Assembly (NCBI GenBank): GCA_050955045.1
Contig: JBPBQV010000004.1
Span: 13,496 to 77,495, forward strand
Origin: Janthinobacterium lividum
GTDB lineage: Bacteria; Bacteroidota; Bacteroidia; Sphingobacteriales; Sphingobacteriaceae
DNA: 64,000 nt
Direction: 5' to 3'
Made by a program: the position numbers and the translations under genes. This document shows, one piece after another, positions 9,665 to 19,370 of this stretch (position 1 is its first letter; each line of letters opens with the position of its first letter). The notes beneath the pieces were generated by a model that searched no databases, was not told the origin of the DNA, and was given only the letters and a program-made list of their open reading frames with translations.

Positions 9665-10999
9665 ATGCCAATTTTAAATAAAGAACAAGCCCAGGCTTTG
9701 TTAAAAAAAGTGCTCAGCTATTCTAAAGCTGATGAATGTGAAGTAAATTTAAGCGGCTCTGATGGCGGAAACATCCGTTATGCACGCAGTGCGGTTTCTA
9801 CCAGCGGCGGCATCAGTCAAACCAGTTTGGTGGTTTCATCCGCTTTTGGGAAAAAGCTGGGCACTGCAACCATCAACGAATTTGACGATGCTTCGTTGCA
9901 AAAAGTAGTGCAAAGAGCAGAAGAGCTGGCGCAACTGGCACCAGAAAACCCAGAGTTTATGTCTTTTTTAGGGCCTCAAAATTATCCGGAATCTAAAACT
10001 TTTATTCAATCTACGGCTAATATCAACCCAAAACAACGCGCTGATGCGGTGGCAGAAAGCTTGCAGATTGCAAAAAACGGCAATTTAACTGCTGCCGGTT
10101 TTTATGATAATACAGCTGGTTTTTCGGCAATGATGAACTCGAAAGGTTTATTTGCTTATCGCACGGCTACCAACGTTAACTTTAATGTAACGGTAAGAAC
10201 GCCAGACGGAAAAGGTTCCGGTTATGCTTCTAAAGGTTATAATGATGTTACCAAACTGGATGTTGCGACGGCTACTAAAATTGCAGCACAAAAAGCAGCC
10301 GGATCTGCAGCTGCAAAAGCTATCGAACCAGGAAAATATACGGTAATATTAGAACCATCCGCAGCAATTGTTCTCCTCGAAAACCTATTTTTTAATTTTG
10401 ATGCACGTTCTGCGGATGAAGGAAGAAGTTTTATGAGCCTGCCAGGTGGAAAAACAAAACTCGGACAAAAAATGGTTGATGAACGGGTAACTTTTTATTC
10501 TGATCCGCAAAATGTGGATTTGCCAACCAGCACCTGGAGCAGCGACGGTAGGCCGCAAGAAAAAGTTGCCTGGATAGATAAAGGCGTAGTTAAAAACCTG
10601 TATTATTCGCGTTACTGGGCGCAAAAAAAAGGTTTAAAAGCAGTACCGCAACCAAATGGTGTGATTATGGAAGGCGGAACGGCATCGTTGCAAGATTTGA
10701 TTAAAAGTACCGAAAAAGGAATTTTAGTAACACGACTTTGGTACATCCGTTCTGTTGATCCGCAAACTTTATTGCTAACCGGTTTAACCCGCGACGGTAC
10801 TTTTTATATTGAAAACGGACAAATTAAATTCCCGATAAAAAACTTTCGCTTTAATGAAAGTCCAGTTATTATGCTGAATAACCTGGAAACGTTAGGCAAA
10901 CCGGAACGAACCGTGAGCGGAGAATCCGGAATGCACGCCATGATTCCGCCGATGAAGATTCGTGATTTTACATTTTCTTCATTGTCGGATGCTGTGTAA
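9665..10999 (+). CDS. TldD/PmbA-family protein, PmbA(TldE)-like, no signal peptide
   Basis: Typical length and family-wide similarity (EPGKYTVILEP, LWYIR, TRDGTF). There is no N-terminal hydrophobic or RR leader. Confidence 0.75.
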   Translation: MPILNKEQAQALLKKVLSYSKADECEVNLSGSDGGNIRYARSAVSTSGGISQTSLVVSSAFGKKLGTATINEFDDASLQKVVQRAEELAQLAPENPEFMSFLGPQNYPESKTFIQSTANINPKQRADAVAESLQIAKNGNLTAAGFYDNTAGFSAMMNSKGLFAYRTATNVNFNVTVRTPDGKGSGYASKGYNDVTKLDVATATKIAAQKAAGSAAAKAIEPGKYTVILEPSAAIVLLENLFFNFDARSADEGRSFMSLPGGKTKLGQKMVDERVTFYSDPQNVDLPTSTWSSDGRPQEKVAWIDKGVVKNLYYSRYWAQKKGLKAVPQPNGVIMEGGTASLQDLIKSTEKGILVTRLWYIRSVDPQTLLLTGLTRDGTFYIENGQIKFPIKNFRFNESPVIMLNNLETLGKPERTVSGESGMHAMIPPMKIRDFTFSSLSDAV

Positions 11000-11010
11000 T
11001 TAACTTTTTT

Positions 11011-11096
11011 GTCATTTCGACCAACGGGAGAAACCTTCATCAAAGCAGTATAATTGTATTATTTGAGGAAGATTTCTCCCTTCGGATTGAAATGAC
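11011..11096. repeat. palindromic intergenic element (GTCATTTCGA...GAGAAA / TTTCTC...TGAAATGAC arms)
   Basis: Arms 11011-11038 and 11068-11096 are near-perfect reverse complements. The element lies between the convergent PmbA-like and MFS genes. Confidence 0.6.
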
Positions 11097-11106
11097 AATT
11101 GGGCAA

Positions 11107-12276
11107 TCAAACATTATTTCTCAAAGCAATCAAACCCAAAATCGGCCCGAAAGCCAGCACCGGAAAAACGTAAATTGGATCATATTTCAGCAGCAAACTA
11201 CTGGTTAACTGGATACTGATTATGGTGATGGAAAAGCCGATACAATTCACAATAGTTAGCGCGCTGCCTTTCAGTTCCGGCGGTGCGTGCAAAGCCGTCA
11301 GGGTTGAAAACTGAGGCGAATCAGCCGACACATTCATGTTCCAACAAAAAAGTACCGATAAAAACAGTATCGGCCCAAATTGAAAAAAAAACGGCGAACA
11401 TAAACAACACAAACCAGACAACAGCAACGCACCAAAAGCAACTTTTTTGCTGCCGATTTGCTGCGAAATGTAGCCGCCCAAAATGCACGATAAGCAGCCG
11501 GAAGCAATAATCAGGAAGGAAAACAAAGGTACATTCAGGTTATAACTTGGATGCAAGCGAAGATAAGTTTGCAAGATGAAAGGCAGAAACGCCCAAAGTG
11601 TATAAACTTCCCACATGTGGCCAAAGTAGCCGAAAGCAACAGACCGGAAATCCTTCTTTTTGAAAACACTAAATATTCCTTTAAAATGAACTTTTGCGTT
11701 GATTTTGCGAAACGGTCCATCGGGCACAAAAAGCAGCACCAAAAATCCGCCGGTTAAAGCACAAACAGACGTAATGGTTAACAAGGATTTCCAGGGCAAT
11801 ATCGCACCAAAAGTTTTTAATAAATGTGGAAATGCGGTTCCTAACACAAGTGCGCCAACCAGAAATCCTAATGCTTTTCCTAATCCGTTTTCAAAATAAT
11901 CTGCTGCGATTTTCATCCCGACAGGATAAATTCCGGCCAGAAAAAAACCTGTAAAAAAGCGCAGTAAAAGAAGCATCTGCAAATCTGGATGACCGAAAGT
12001 AATGCTGAAATTGAAGGTGGCCGCAAGCAAAGCATTGATGAGAAATACTTTGGATGGCGAAAAACGATCTGTGATGGAAAAGATAGCAAAAAGCAAGGTT
12101 CCGGCAATAAAACCCAATTGCACAGATGAAGTTAAAAAACCAAGTGCGGAAGCCGGAATATTTAATTCCCGAACCAAATCAGGCATCACGGCGTTGGCTG
12201 CAAACCACAACGACGTGCAGGCAAACTGCGAAAAAACGATCAGCGGCAGAATGAATTTTAGCTTTTGGTTGAACAT
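11107..12276 (-). CDS. MFS transporter
   Basis: About 12 hydrophobic segments in 389 aa, with the typical MFS loop pattern. Confidence 0.7.
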   Translation of the reverse strand: MFNQKLKFILPLIVFSQFACTSLWFAANAVMPDLVRELNIPASALGFLTSSVQLGFIAGTLLFAIFSITDRFSPSKVFLINALLAATFNFSITFGHPDLQMLLLLRFFTGFFLAGIYPVGMKIAADYFENGLGKALGFLVGALVLGTAFPHLLKTFGAILPWKSLLTITSVCALTGGFLVLLFVPDGPFRKINAKVHFKGIFSVFKKKDFRSVAFGYFGHMWEVYTLWAFLPFILQTYLRLHPSYNLNVPLFSFLIIASGCLSCILGGYISQQIGSKKVAFGALLLSGLCCLCSPFFFQFGPILFLSVLFCWNMNVSADSPQFSTLTALHAPPELKGSALTIVNCIGFSITIISIQLTSSLLLKYDPIYVFPVLAFGPILGLIALRNNV

Positions 12277-12304
12277 TGCCGTAAAACTAATCTTTTACAC
12301 TTTG

Positions 12305-12334
12305 ATACTGTTTTTATCGGCATAAAAACAGTAT
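12305..12334. repeat. REP-like hairpin, arms ATACTGTTTTTAT / ATAAAAACAGTAT, possible terminator
   Basis: Perfect 13-nt arms with a 4-nt loop (cggc). It lies downstream of the stop of the 12408-13376 minus-strand gene. Confidence 0.5.
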
Positions 12335-12407
12335 GTAGTAAACAAAAACCCTTTGCCTATTATTTAGTAAGCAAAGGGTTTTGAGGTGATTAATATCAAT
12401 TTTTTCT

Positions 12408-13376
12408 TTAGTATCGTTTCACACTAAAATCAGAAATGCCGCCTTTTAAACTCAGGTAGATTTTTTTGGGTGCAGCAGCAAAACCGGGCGTTTCGTATTG
12501 GTTGTTGCCTTTAGATTCAAAACCATCAAAATTTTTGGAAGACAAACCAGTTTTACTTTCGATATGACAAGCTGCGCCGGTTGGTACGCTGATGTTAACT
12601 TCGGAAACGCCGGTAGAAATCGCAACCGTTGTGTTGTTTACGGTAGGCTGACCAAGCTTAAAATCCATCGAAGCAGCGCCGCCTTTTACATGCAAATTCC
12701 TGATTTTAAACTTCGTTAAATCCAAATCCAATTTGCTTGCTCCTGCTGTAATATCAATATTCCACTCCGGATTTGGATTGAGTTTTATCGTTGCCACACT
12801 TCCTTTATCACTATCCCAGTTAAAAGAGTTTCTGGAATTGTGCATCGTAAAATTAATTGCTTTTCCGGAGTCTGTTGCTGAAGTGTTGAATAGAAACCTG
12901 CCCGATAATTCATGTGTAGCAGCACTAAATAATTCGGCTGTTGTATCTTGCAAAGTGTAAGTAGCACCTCCGCCACGAAGGTTTAGGGAAGCTACTTTTA
13001 CCTCAGGCGTATAAGGTTCTTTGTACGTGCTGCTTCCTTCTAACTTAACTACGTCTCTGCTATCATCATCGTCGTTGTTATCATCAAAAAAAGTATTATT
13101 GTTAAAATTGTGGCCAAAAAAACGGTTTTCTGTTGGTAAAGTACCACGATAAATAACCAAGCCAAACAGTATGGCAAAAACCAGTACTTTAATTGCCGTG
13201 GCCGTGTTAGAGCTTTGGTGCGAGAAAACCAGATTTACGCCCCAGAAAATGAGAAATAAAGGCCAAAGGCTGATTAAATTTTGCCAGTGAAAATTGATTA
13301 CCTGAAAATTATCCAGTAAAAACAGTATGCCAATGCCCAGCAAAAACAAACCGGTAAATAATCTGTCGCGTTTCAT
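12408..13376 (-). CDS. LiaF-like / DUF2154-type cell-envelope stress protein (N-terminal TM segments plus C-terminal beta-rich domain)
   Basis: N-terminal TM helices, a poly-Asp linker and a repetitive beta-strand C-terminus. It lies directly downstream of a PspC-domain gene. Confidence 0.55.
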   Translation of the reverse strand: MKRDRLFTGLFLLGIGILFLLDNFQVINFHWQNLISLWPLFLIFWGVNLVFSHQSSNTATAIKVLVFAILFGLVIYRGTLPTENRFFGHNFNNNTFFDDNNDDDDSRDVVKLEGSSTYKEPYTPEVKVASLNLRGGGATYTLQDTTAELFSAATHELSGRFLFNTSATDSGKAINFTMHNSRNSFNWDSDKGSVATIKLNPNPEWNIDITAGASKLDLDLTKFKIRNLHVKGGAASMDFKLGQPTVNNTTVAISTGVSEVNISVPTGAACHIESKTGLSSKNFDGFESKGNNQYETPGFAAAPKKIYLSLKGGISDFSVKRY

Positions 13377-13379
13377 AAT

Positions 13380-13907
13380 TCAAATATCTTTAGGTTCGTT
13401 TGGGTTGATGCCAGACCAGTCTTCTTTTGGGTCTGTAATTTTGGGTTCTGCGGTTTTTGTTCGGGATTTAAAAATCAATCCTAAACCAATTACCACTAAA
13501 ATTACCGGCCAAAACTGCTCGAAATTAAACCAGTACGGAATAAAATCGAACTGATCCAGCAGAAAAATTACACCCAGCACAATCAGCACCAATCCGCCAA
13601 TTTGGGCTACATCTTTGTTATTATTAACCCTGAATTTTGTATTAAAAGTATCGGCATCAAAACCTTGAAACGGCCGATTGCCATCCTTTACAGTATAATC
13701 CACCGTCGGATCGTTTAAAACACCATTTCTTCTCGGCATTACAATCCATAAAACAATGTAAGCCAGCGTTCCGCCGCCATGATAAATCAGCGTTAGCACA
13801 AAAAGTAAGCGCACAATAGTTACATCAACGCTAAAATAATCAGATAAACCAGCGCATACACCGGCTATCACTTTTCGGTTTTCATCCCGATACAATTTCT
13901 TTTCCAT
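13380..13907 (-). CDS. PspC-domain membrane protein
   Basis: KLYRDENRKVIAGVCAGLSDYFSVDVTIVRLLFVL is the canonical PspC domain. Confidence 0.8.
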   Translation of the reverse strand: MEKKLYRDENRKVIAGVCAGLSDYFSVDVTIVRLLFVLTLIYHGGGTLAYIVLWIVMPRRNGVLNDPTVDYTVKDGNRPFQGFDADTFNTKFRVNNNKDVAQIGGLVLIVLGVIFLLDQFDFIPYWFNFEQFWPVILVVIGLGLIFKSRTKTAEPKITDPKEDWSGINPNEPKDI

Positions 13908-13930
13908 AGCTTCTTTTATGATCTAAATTT

Positions 13931-14635
13931 TCAAATTTCTCCTGTTGCGGTTTGGATAATCAGCTCATCAACATTAGCACCTGCGCTCATTTTTAAACAA
14001 TTGATTACGGCAGCAGCTACATCGTCCGGCAGTACAAATTTTTCTGGCGGAACCGTCGTTCCGGCCCAAGAATTTGTGAGCGTTGATCCGGGCAAAATAG
14101 CAGTTACTTTTACCTGATAAGCTTTCATTTCTTCCCGCATTGTATGATTAAGACCAAGCTGCGCAAACTTTGTTACAGAATAACTTCCCGCATTTACAAC
14201 AACTTTTTTTGATGCTACCGAACAAATATTAAAAATATGGCCAGCGCGTGCAGCCATTAGTTTTTTACCAAAATAACGATACAAATGGTAAGCAGACATC
14301 AGGTTTAAATCCAGCTGTTTTTGCAGGGCATTTTCTTCTTCGTCCAAAATACTTCCGGGCAAAAACATACCGGTGTTGTTTACAATAATCTCTATTGATT
14401 TCAATTCCTGCTCGGCTTCGGCCGCAAAAGCGAGCACATCAGCTTGCAAACTACAATCAGCTACACGGGTAAAAACTTTTATATTTGGGTTGATGTGCAG
14501 CAATGCTTCTTTTACCTGCAATAAATCTTCTTCATTTCTGGAACAAATAGCCAGGTTGATACTTTGTTTAGCCAGTGCTTTGGCAATTGCCAAACCAATT
14601 CCTTTAGTGGTTCCTGTAATCAGTGCGTTTTGCAT
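13931..14635 (-). CDS. SDR-family oxidoreductase
   Basis: TGTTKGIGLAIA cofactor motif and YSVTK catalytic motif. Confidence 0.85.
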   Translation of the reverse strand: MQNALITGTTKGIGLAIAKALAKQSINLAICSRNEEDLLQVKEALLHINPNIKVFTRVADCSLQADVLAFAAEAEQELKSIEIIVNNTGMFLPGSILDEEENALQKQLDLNLMSAYHLYRYFGKKLMAARAGHIFNICSVASKKVVVNAGSYSVTKFAQLGLNHTMREEMKAYQVKVTAILPGSTLTNSWAGTTVPPEKFVLPDDVAAAVINCLKMSAGANVDELIIQTATGEI

Positions 14636-14705
14636 GGATAAAATTAGCTTAAAAACAGCATCGGCACTTAAATTGAAAAAATGTATTTTTAGAAAATTTT
14701 AAAGA

Positions 14706-15440
14706 ATGATATTTTACCACTTAGGCCGTTATATTTTATTGCTGAAAGCAAGCTTTAAAAAGCCGGAAAATTTTAAGGTTTACTGGAGTGAAATTATGCG
14801 AGAAATGGTTTCTATTGGCATTGGCTCGCTGGGCATTGTTTGTATTATTTCCGTATTTATTGGCGCCGTTTCTACCGTTCAAACTGCTTTTCAGTTAGTT
14901 AGCAATTTAATTCCGCGTTCTATTATCGGCGGTATCACACGGGATTCTGCTATTTTAGAATTTAGTCCAACGATAACTTCTTTAGTTCTGGCTGGCCGTG
15001 TAGGTTCCAGCATCGCTTCGCAAATTGGAACGATGCGCGTAACCGAACAAATTGATGCGCTGGAAATTATGGGCGTAAATGCGCCGGGATATTTAATTTT
15101 GCCAAAAATAATTGGCGGCATTACCATGTTCCCGTTGCTAATTATCCTTTCAGTTTGCCTGTCGTTATTGGGCGGTTATATTGCCGGTTCTGCTTCCGGA
15201 GCGGTTTCGGCTAACGATTTTGTTGTTGGCTTGACAACAGATTTCAATCCGCTTTTTGCACGTATTGCCCTAATCAAAGCTTTGGTTTTTGCTTTTATCA
15301 TTACCAGCGTTTCTGCTTATCAGGGTTATTACACAGCCGGCGGCGCACTAGAAGTTGGACAAGCAAGTACGCAAGGTGTGGTAATGAGCTGTATCATTAT
15401 TTTATGTTCTGATTATATGATAGCCCAGTTGATGTTATGA
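14706..15440 (+). CDS. MlaE-family ABC transporter permease
   Basis: Typical length and TM pattern, with the EQIDALEIMG signature. It overlaps the downstream ATPase gene by 4 nt. Confidence 0.8.
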   Translation: MIFYHLGRYILLLKASFKKPENFKVYWSEIMREMVSIGIGSLGIVCIISVFIGAVSTVQTAFQLVSNLIPRSIIGGITRDSAILEFSPTITSLVLAGRVGSSIASQIGTMRVTEQIDALEIMGVNAPGYLILPKIIGGITMFPLLIILSVCLSLLGGYIAGSASGAVSANDFVVGLTTDFNPLFARIALIKALVFAFIITSVSAYQGYYTAGGALEVGQASTQGVVMSCIIILCSDYMIAQLML

Positions 15441-16189
15441 TTGAGATTAAAGATATTAATAAAACTTTTGGCGATAAACACGTATTGAAAGGGATTTCCG
15501 CAGTCTTTAAACAAGGAATATCGAATTTGATTATCGGTGGTTCCGGTTCCGGAAAAACTACTTTGTTAAAATGTATTGTAGGCTTGCACGAACCAGAAAA
15601 AGGAAATGTTTTCTATAGTAATGAGGATTTTACTAGCATGGATTTTGAACAGCGTATCCCAATCCGTAAAGAAATTGGCATGTTATTCCAAAACTCGGCT
15701 TTGTTTGATTCGATGACTGTGGAAGAAAATATCATCTTTCCACTAAATCTTTTTACTGAGATGTCGAAATCAGAAAAATTAGACCGTGCTAATTACTGTC
15801 TGGAAAAAGTTAACCTGAAAAATACCAACAAACTTTTCCCTTCAGAACTTTCCGGTGGGATGAAAAAGCGTGTTGGTATTGCACGCGCCATCACCATGCA
15901 GCCCAAATATTTGTTTTGTGATGAGCCAAACTCTGGCCTCGACCCAAAAACCTCTATCGTTATTGACGAATTAATTAAAGATATCACCGAAGAAAATAAC
16001 ATTACAACTGTTGTAGTTACGCATGATATGAACTCGGTAATGGGTATTGGCGATAACATTTTGTTTCTGCACGAAGGCCAAAAATGGTGGCAAGGCTCCA
16101 ACAAAGAAATTGCCCATACGGATAACGCAGAACTGAACAGCTTTGTGTTTGCCAGCAAGTTTATGGAAGCAGCAAAAGATAAATTATAG
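15437..16189 (+). CDS. ABC transporter ATP-binding protein (MlaF-like)
   Basis: Walker A GGSGSGKTT, signature LSGGMKKR, Walker B LFCDEP. Confidence 0.85.
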   Translation: MIEIKDINKTFGDKHVLKGISAVFKQGISNLIIGGSGSGKTTLLKCIVGLHEPEKGNVFYSNEDFTSMDFEQRIPIRKEIGMLFQNSALFDSMTVEENIIFPLNLFTEMSKSEKLDRANYCLEKVNLKNTNKLFPSELSGGMKKRVGIARAITMQPKYLFCDEPNSGLDPKTSIVIDELIKDITEENNITTVVVTHDMNSVMGIGDNILFLHEGQKWWQGSNKEIAHTDNAELNSFVFASKFMEAAKDKL

Positions 16190-16200
16190 TAATAAGAGAT

Positions 16201-17181
16201 ATGAATATAGCCTTTACTATAGCTACAGCAAATTATTTAGCCGAAGCAAAAACTGTTGGTGATTCTTATTTATTACATAATCCAAATGATACATTTATTA
16301 TTTATTTATTTGATAAAATAAATAATCGTTTTAGTACAGATTACTTTGATCCAATTAAAATTGTTGAAATAGATGTTAATCTCATTCAAGATTTTGAGAC
16401 AAGGGCTGCTAACTATAATATATTTGAATTAACAACGTCTATAAGGCCTTTTGTTGCATTACAAGTATTAGATAATTGTAGTAACATAAGTAAATTTTTT
16501 TATTTGGATTGTGACATCAAAGTATATAATTCGTTTAGTATTGCTGATGATTTACTTAATGAATATGATATATTGATAAGCCCTCATTTTATTTCTCCTA
16601 TTCCTGCAGATGGTTATCTTCTGGACGAAAAGTCTTTTTTTAATAGCGGTTTTTTTAACTCTGGTTTTTTTGCATTTAATAGAAGTCCTGAAGCTATTGC
16701 ATTTTTAGAATGGTGGAATGAAAAATTAAAGACTCAGTGTATAATTGATTTTTGTCAGGGTTTGTTTGCAGATCAAATTTGGTTAAATCTGGTTCCTCAT
16801 TATTTTAAAAAAGTAAAAATAATTAAAGATCTTGGCTATAATGTAGCATATTGGAATTTACATGAAAGATTTTTAACAAATCAAAACAATGAATACTGGA
16901 TTAATGAAAAGTTTCCACTTGTCTTTTTTCATTATAGTGGGTTTAATGTAAATGAAATACAAGTATTATCTAAATTTCAGAATAGATATACATTTGAAAA
17001 TAAAAGTGAAGTTTTGCCATTCTTTACAGATTATAGCAAATCTGTATTAGCTAATAACCATCAAAAATTTTCATTTCTAGAATGTTTTTACCTAAATAAA
17101 ACAAAAATTGAAGTACCACCAGTTAGATTATCTTTTATGACAAGATTAAAGTCTAAAGTCAAAAGCCATTTTTGTATTTAA
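16201..17181 (+). CDS. putative glycosyltransferase (nucleotide-diphospho-sugar transferase fold, DxD)
   Basis: IAFTIATANYL N-terminus, an LDCD (DxD-like) motif and a YWNLHERF segment. The DNA is conspicuously AT-rich. Confidence 0.45.
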   Translation: MNIAFTIATANYLAEAKTVGDSYLLHNPNDTFIIYLFDKINNRFSTDYFDPIKIVEIDVNLIQDFETRAANYNIFELTTSIRPFVALQVLDNCSNISKFFYLDCDIKVYNSFSIADDLLNEYDILISPHFISPIPADGYLLDEKSFFNSGFFNSGFFAFNRSPEAIAFLEWWNEKLKTQCIIDFCQGLFADQIWLNLVPHYFKKVKIIKDLGYNVAYWNLHERFLTNQNNEYWINEKFPLVFFHYSGFNVNEIQVLSKFQNRYTFENKSEVLPFFTDYSKSVLANNHQKFSFLECFYLNKTKIEVPPVRLSFMTRLKSKVKSHFCI

Positions 17182-17199
17182 TCATAAGTAATTATAAAT

Positions 17200-18081
17200 A
17201 TGATTCAACTTCTTGCACCGCAATTTTGGAAAGATTATGAGCTAATTGATTGTGGTGATTTTGAAAAACTGGAACGCTTTGGAAACCTAATTCTGATCAG
17301 GCCTGAACCACAGGCTGTTTGGAGCAAAGCTTTACCAGAAAATGAGTGGCAAAAACAGCATCATATCCGTTTTAAGGGCCGTTCGGCCACTTCTGGCGAA
17401 TGGCTGAAAAAGAATCCGGCTACGCCAGACCGCTGGCATATTGAATACAAAAATCCAGAAGTAGTTATTAAATTACGCTTGGGTTTAACATCTTTCAAAC
17501 ATCTTGGTGTTTTCCCGGAGCAAGCCGTAAACTGGGATTATATTTCTTCCAGCATCAAAAAAATCAAAAATCCTCAGCCTAAATTTTTAAATCTTTTTGC
17601 TTATACCGGCGCGGCTTCGTTGGTGGCCAGAGCGGCCGGTGCAGAAGTTACGCATGTAGATTCTATTAAACAAGTGGTTACCTGGGCAAATGAAAACCAG
17701 CAATTATCTGCTTTGGATAATATTCGCTGGGTGGTGGAAGATGCGTTAAAATTTGTAAAAAGAGAGCTTAAAAGAAGTAACACCTACAACGGAATTATTT
17801 TGGATCCGCCAGCTTTTGGCCACGGCCCGAATGGCGAAAAATGGAAACTGGAAGATAATATTCTGGAAATGATGCAGGACGTTGTGCAATTGCTGGACCC
17901 GCAGGAGCACTTTTTAATTCTGAATACTTACTCGCTTGGATTCTCTTCTGTAATTGTAGAAAACCTGATTTTGGGTGCTTATCCAAAAGCAAAAAATCTT
18001 GAAACCGGCGAACTGTTTTTGCAGGCCACTGCCGGAAGCAAACTGCCGCTGGGCGTTTTTGGAAAGTTTAACAATCTATAA
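17200..18081 (+). CDS. class I SAM-dependent methyltransferase (RlmI/RlmK-like)
   Basis: LFAYTGAASL (motif I) and ILDPPAFG (motif IV). Confidence 0.75.
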   Translation: MIQLLAPQFWKDYELIDCGDFEKLERFGNLILIRPEPQAVWSKALPENEWQKQHHIRFKGRSATSGEWLKKNPATPDRWHIEYKNPEVVIKLRLGLTSFKHLGVFPEQAVNWDYISSSIKKIKNPQPKFLNLFAYTGAASLVARAAGAEVTHVDSIKQVVTWANENQQLSALDNIRWVVEDALKFVKRELKRSNTYNGIILDPPAFGHGPNGEKWKLEDNILEMMQDVVQLLDPQEHFLILNTYSLGFSSVIVENLILGAYPKAKNLETGELFLQATAGSKLPLGVFGKFNNL

Positions 18082-18253
18082 TTCAGCTTAAGTACATAAA
18101 CAAACAGCTTATATAAAAAGCCGTTATGTTTGCCCCAATATGATGCAAGATCATGAAACTGACTTGTTAAAAAATACGTAAGAGTATAAAATTTTAACAG
18201 GCTGTTAATAATTGATCTCTGAAATTTAAGTAGCTACTAACTAAATAAAACTG

Positions 18254-19294
18254 ATGAACATTAAACCTTTACTTTTAACCATTACGCTTGCTGCAACTTC
18301 ATTTACTTTGCTTACCAACTGCAGCGAAAGCAGTAAAGCGGGGAAAGTTACTTCTGGCACAACAGCTGAAAAAGCAAAAGATACAACTGTTGCAAAAAAT
18401 ACGCTGCAACCTGTAAACCCTACAGAATACGATTCGCTGATGAAAAAAATGGCCAACGGCGATACAACCGGAAAATGGCCTGTTGCCAAAACGCCCTATC
18501 CGCTTGCCGGCGCAATTTTTCCATATAAACGAATTGTCGCTTTTTATGGCAACCTTTATTCTAAAAAAATGGGAATTTTGGGTGAATTACCGCCAAAAGA
18601 AATGTTAAAAAAACTGGATGGTGAAGTAAAACAATGGGAGAAAGCTGATCCTTCCACGCCTGTTATTCCGGCTTTGCACTACATTGCCATAGTTGCGCAG
18701 GGCGATGGCGGAAAAGACGGAAAGTTTCGTTACCGAATGCCTTTTAAACAAATTGATTCTGTGTTAACCATGGCCAAAACACGTAATGCTTTGGTTTTTA
18801 TTGATGTACAGGTTGCGCTAAGTACCATTCAAACAGAATTGCCTTTGTTCGAGAAATACCTGAAAATGCCAAATGTTCATTTTGCAATGGATCCGGAATT
18901 CTCAATGAAAACCGGTGCAAAACCAGGTAGTAAAATTGGGACTTATGATGCTGATGATGTTAACTTTACAAGTAATTATTTGGCAAAACTGGTTAAAGAA
19001 AATAACTTGCCGCCAAAAATTTTGATCCTGCATCGTTTTACTAAAAAAATGGTGACTAATTATCAAAACATTAAACTACATCCGGAAGTACAGTTTGTAA
19101 TGGATATGGACGGCTGGGGCGAACCGGAATTGAAAAGAGGTACTTATCGCTACCATATTTATGCAGAACCTGTACAGTTTACCGGTTTTAAATTGTTCTA
19201 TAAAAACGATATTAAAAAAGCACCAAACCATATGATGACACCATCAGAAGTGCTTGCTTTAAAACCTAAACCGATTTATATTCAGTATCAATAA
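18254..19294 (+). CDS. hypothetical lipoprotein
   Basis: Lipobox LLTNC after the signal peptide. I recognised no family. Confidence 0.5.
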   Translation: MNIKPLLLTITLAATSFTLLTNCSESSKAGKVTSGTTAEKAKDTTVAKNTLQPVNPTEYDSLMKKMANGDTTGKWPVAKTPYPLAGAIFPYKRIVAFYGNLYSKKMGILGELPPKEMLKKLDGEVKQWEKADPSTPVIPALHYIAIVAQGDGGKDGKFRYRMPFKQIDSVLTMAKTRNALVFIDVQVALSTIQTELPLFEKYLKMPNVHFAMDPEFSMKTGAKPGSKIGTYDADDVNFTSNYLAKLVKENNLPPKILILHRFTKKMVTNYQNIKLHPEVQFVMDMDGWGEPELKRGTYRYHIYAEPVQFTGFKLFYKNDIKKAPNHMMTPSEVLALKPKPIYIQYQ

Positions 19295-19320
19295 AAGCTC
19301 ACTAAATTTTAGGTTATAAA

Positions 19321-19356
19321 AGAAGCATCTGTGTAAAAACAGGTGCTTCTTTTTTG
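19321..19356 (+). terminator. Rho-independent-type terminator whose 5' arm is a copy of the AAAGAAGCAT motif
   Basis: agaagcatctg (19321-19331) pairs with caggtgcttct (19340-19350) with one mismatch, followed by tttttg. Confidence 0.7.
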
Positions 19357-19370
19357 TTTTAAGCACACTA

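Noticed and set aside
16635-16671. Three T7 runs in the glycosyltransferase-like gene as a phase-variation switch
   Set aside because: The tracts are short for efficient slipped-strand switching, and they simply encode Phe-Phe within an FFNSGFFNSGFF peptide. I note this under the islet finding but do not call it a regulatory feature.
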